Shown piece after piece: positions 63,289-64,000 of a stretch of DNA of 64,000 bases. The translations under genes were made by a program, and so were the position numbers. The notes under the pieces were generated by a model, which worked only from the letters and a program-made list of their open reading frames with translations, had not been told where the DNA came from and searched no databases. Source of the DNA: Naegleria gruberi (Eukaryota); assembly GCA_000004985.1 (NCBI GenBank), contig GG738885.1; one strand, 5' to 3'. Position 1 is the stretch's first letter. Every line of letters starts with the position of its first letter.

Positions 63289-63689
63289 TTTGGTGTTTGA
63301 TTGGATATTATGATAATCATCACTATTGATTACAAAGAATAGTATAGTTTAGGATAAATATTGTTGAGCGAAAAGAATGAGAAAGATCTCTCTTGGACGT
63401 TTCGTGTAAAATGACTTCGACTAGTATTTATGCATGTTGTGTTGACTATTGTTGAAAGGTTGTATCGCTGGTACAGAGTTTCGAATAAGTGTTTGGAGAA
63501 ATAGGCTAAAATACCGACCCTTCAACTCGTGTCGACACATCTCAAAAAGAATCACTACCATTTACATTATTTAATATCCAATTTGTCAGACCTACAATTT
63601 TGTAAATTATAAAAATGCAGTGTAAAAAAATATTTAAAAATTATTACAAATTTCAATAAAAATTATTTATAAATTAAACAAATGAATTT

Positions 63690-64000
63690 CGATGATCTTG
63701 ATTCACTTGTTTGTAAGGTTGTTCAGCATCTCTTTTCGGTTCATCCCACATAAATACTAATTTGGAACATTCATTACTTCCAAATTTGGCACCATCTCTA
63801 ATTGCTGCTTCGAATGGATGACTCGTTTGCACCCCAACTTGTTCATTCTTTTCCTGTTCTCTTCGAACTGAGAATTCGAGTGAGTTTTTTTCAGCAAGTT
63901 CGAGGATTCGTTTACATTCGCCTGAACCTTTCTCACCTCCTTCTTGAATTGCTTTGAAATCTTTATAAAATCAAAGATTGGAAAGTGAGAATAATATTTC
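63690..64000 (-). CDS. Partial gene running off the window end (minus strand)
   Basis: Reverse strand reads ...DFKAIQEGGEKGSGECKRILELAEKNSLEFSVRREQEKNEQVGVQTSHPFEAAIRDGAKFGSNECSKLVFMWDEPKRDAEQPYKQVNQDHRN with no stops. Function not recognised. Confidence 0.3.

Noticed and set aside
1-64000. CRISPR arrays, operons, rRNA
   Set aside because: None seen. This is a eukaryotic nuclear locus, and the direct repeats present are short and irregular.

Overview
The window is AT-rich (roughly one-third GC) eukaryotic nuclear DNA, not prokaryotic. Genes are densely packed and carry short spliceosomal introns of about 40–100 nt with GTAAGT-type donors and AG acceptors. All three stop codons are used, N/Q/S-rich low-complexity proteins are common, and there are three nuclear tRNA genes. 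I cannot assign the organism. The gene content (Zn2Cys6 cluster, LysM, LPMO-like protein, many RGS proteins, a GPS-7TM receptor) fits either an early-diverging fungus or an amoebozoan. I support about 40 protein-coding genes and describe the main ones here. (1) Five RGS-domain genes with different architectures, the most striking being a 1572-aa protein with signal peptide, NHL-type beta-propeller, GPS motif, 7TM and a C-terminal RGS domain. There are also two paralogous 2-TM 'sensor'-RGS proteins, an RGS-START fusion and a thioredoxin-like-CxxC + RGS fusion. (2) A tandem array of four small paralogous genes with a degenerate RWP-RK-like domain, with an LPMO-like/LysM/GPI-anchored secreted protein gene inside the array. 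(3) A putative ~4 kb DNA transposon: a CACTA/KDZ-like transposase ORF plus a divergent 5-exon accessory gene, flanked by GC-rich GTAGYCGG motif clusters and a short inverted repeat. (4) A small-ORF family ending in ...VIVNLHFHQTIFDIKY, present twice with almost only synonymous differences. (5) A cytochrome P450, a Zn2Cys6 transcription factor split by introns, an Apn1/Nfo AP endonuclease, a GNAT acetyltransferase, a DUF4116-repeat protein, F-box/LRR proteins, a Pmp3 proteolipid, and tRNA-Lys(CTT) x2 and tRNA-Asp(GTC). (6) A MITE-like 500-bp element with ~20-bp terminal inverted repeats, a dense palindromic cruciform-forming block, several short tandem repeats, an assembly gap (N run at 29791-29840) and an over-represented palindromic TTCGAATA motif in intergenic DNA. 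All protein annotations rest on motifs I recognise by eye, not on searches. Intron and exon boundaries are approximate.
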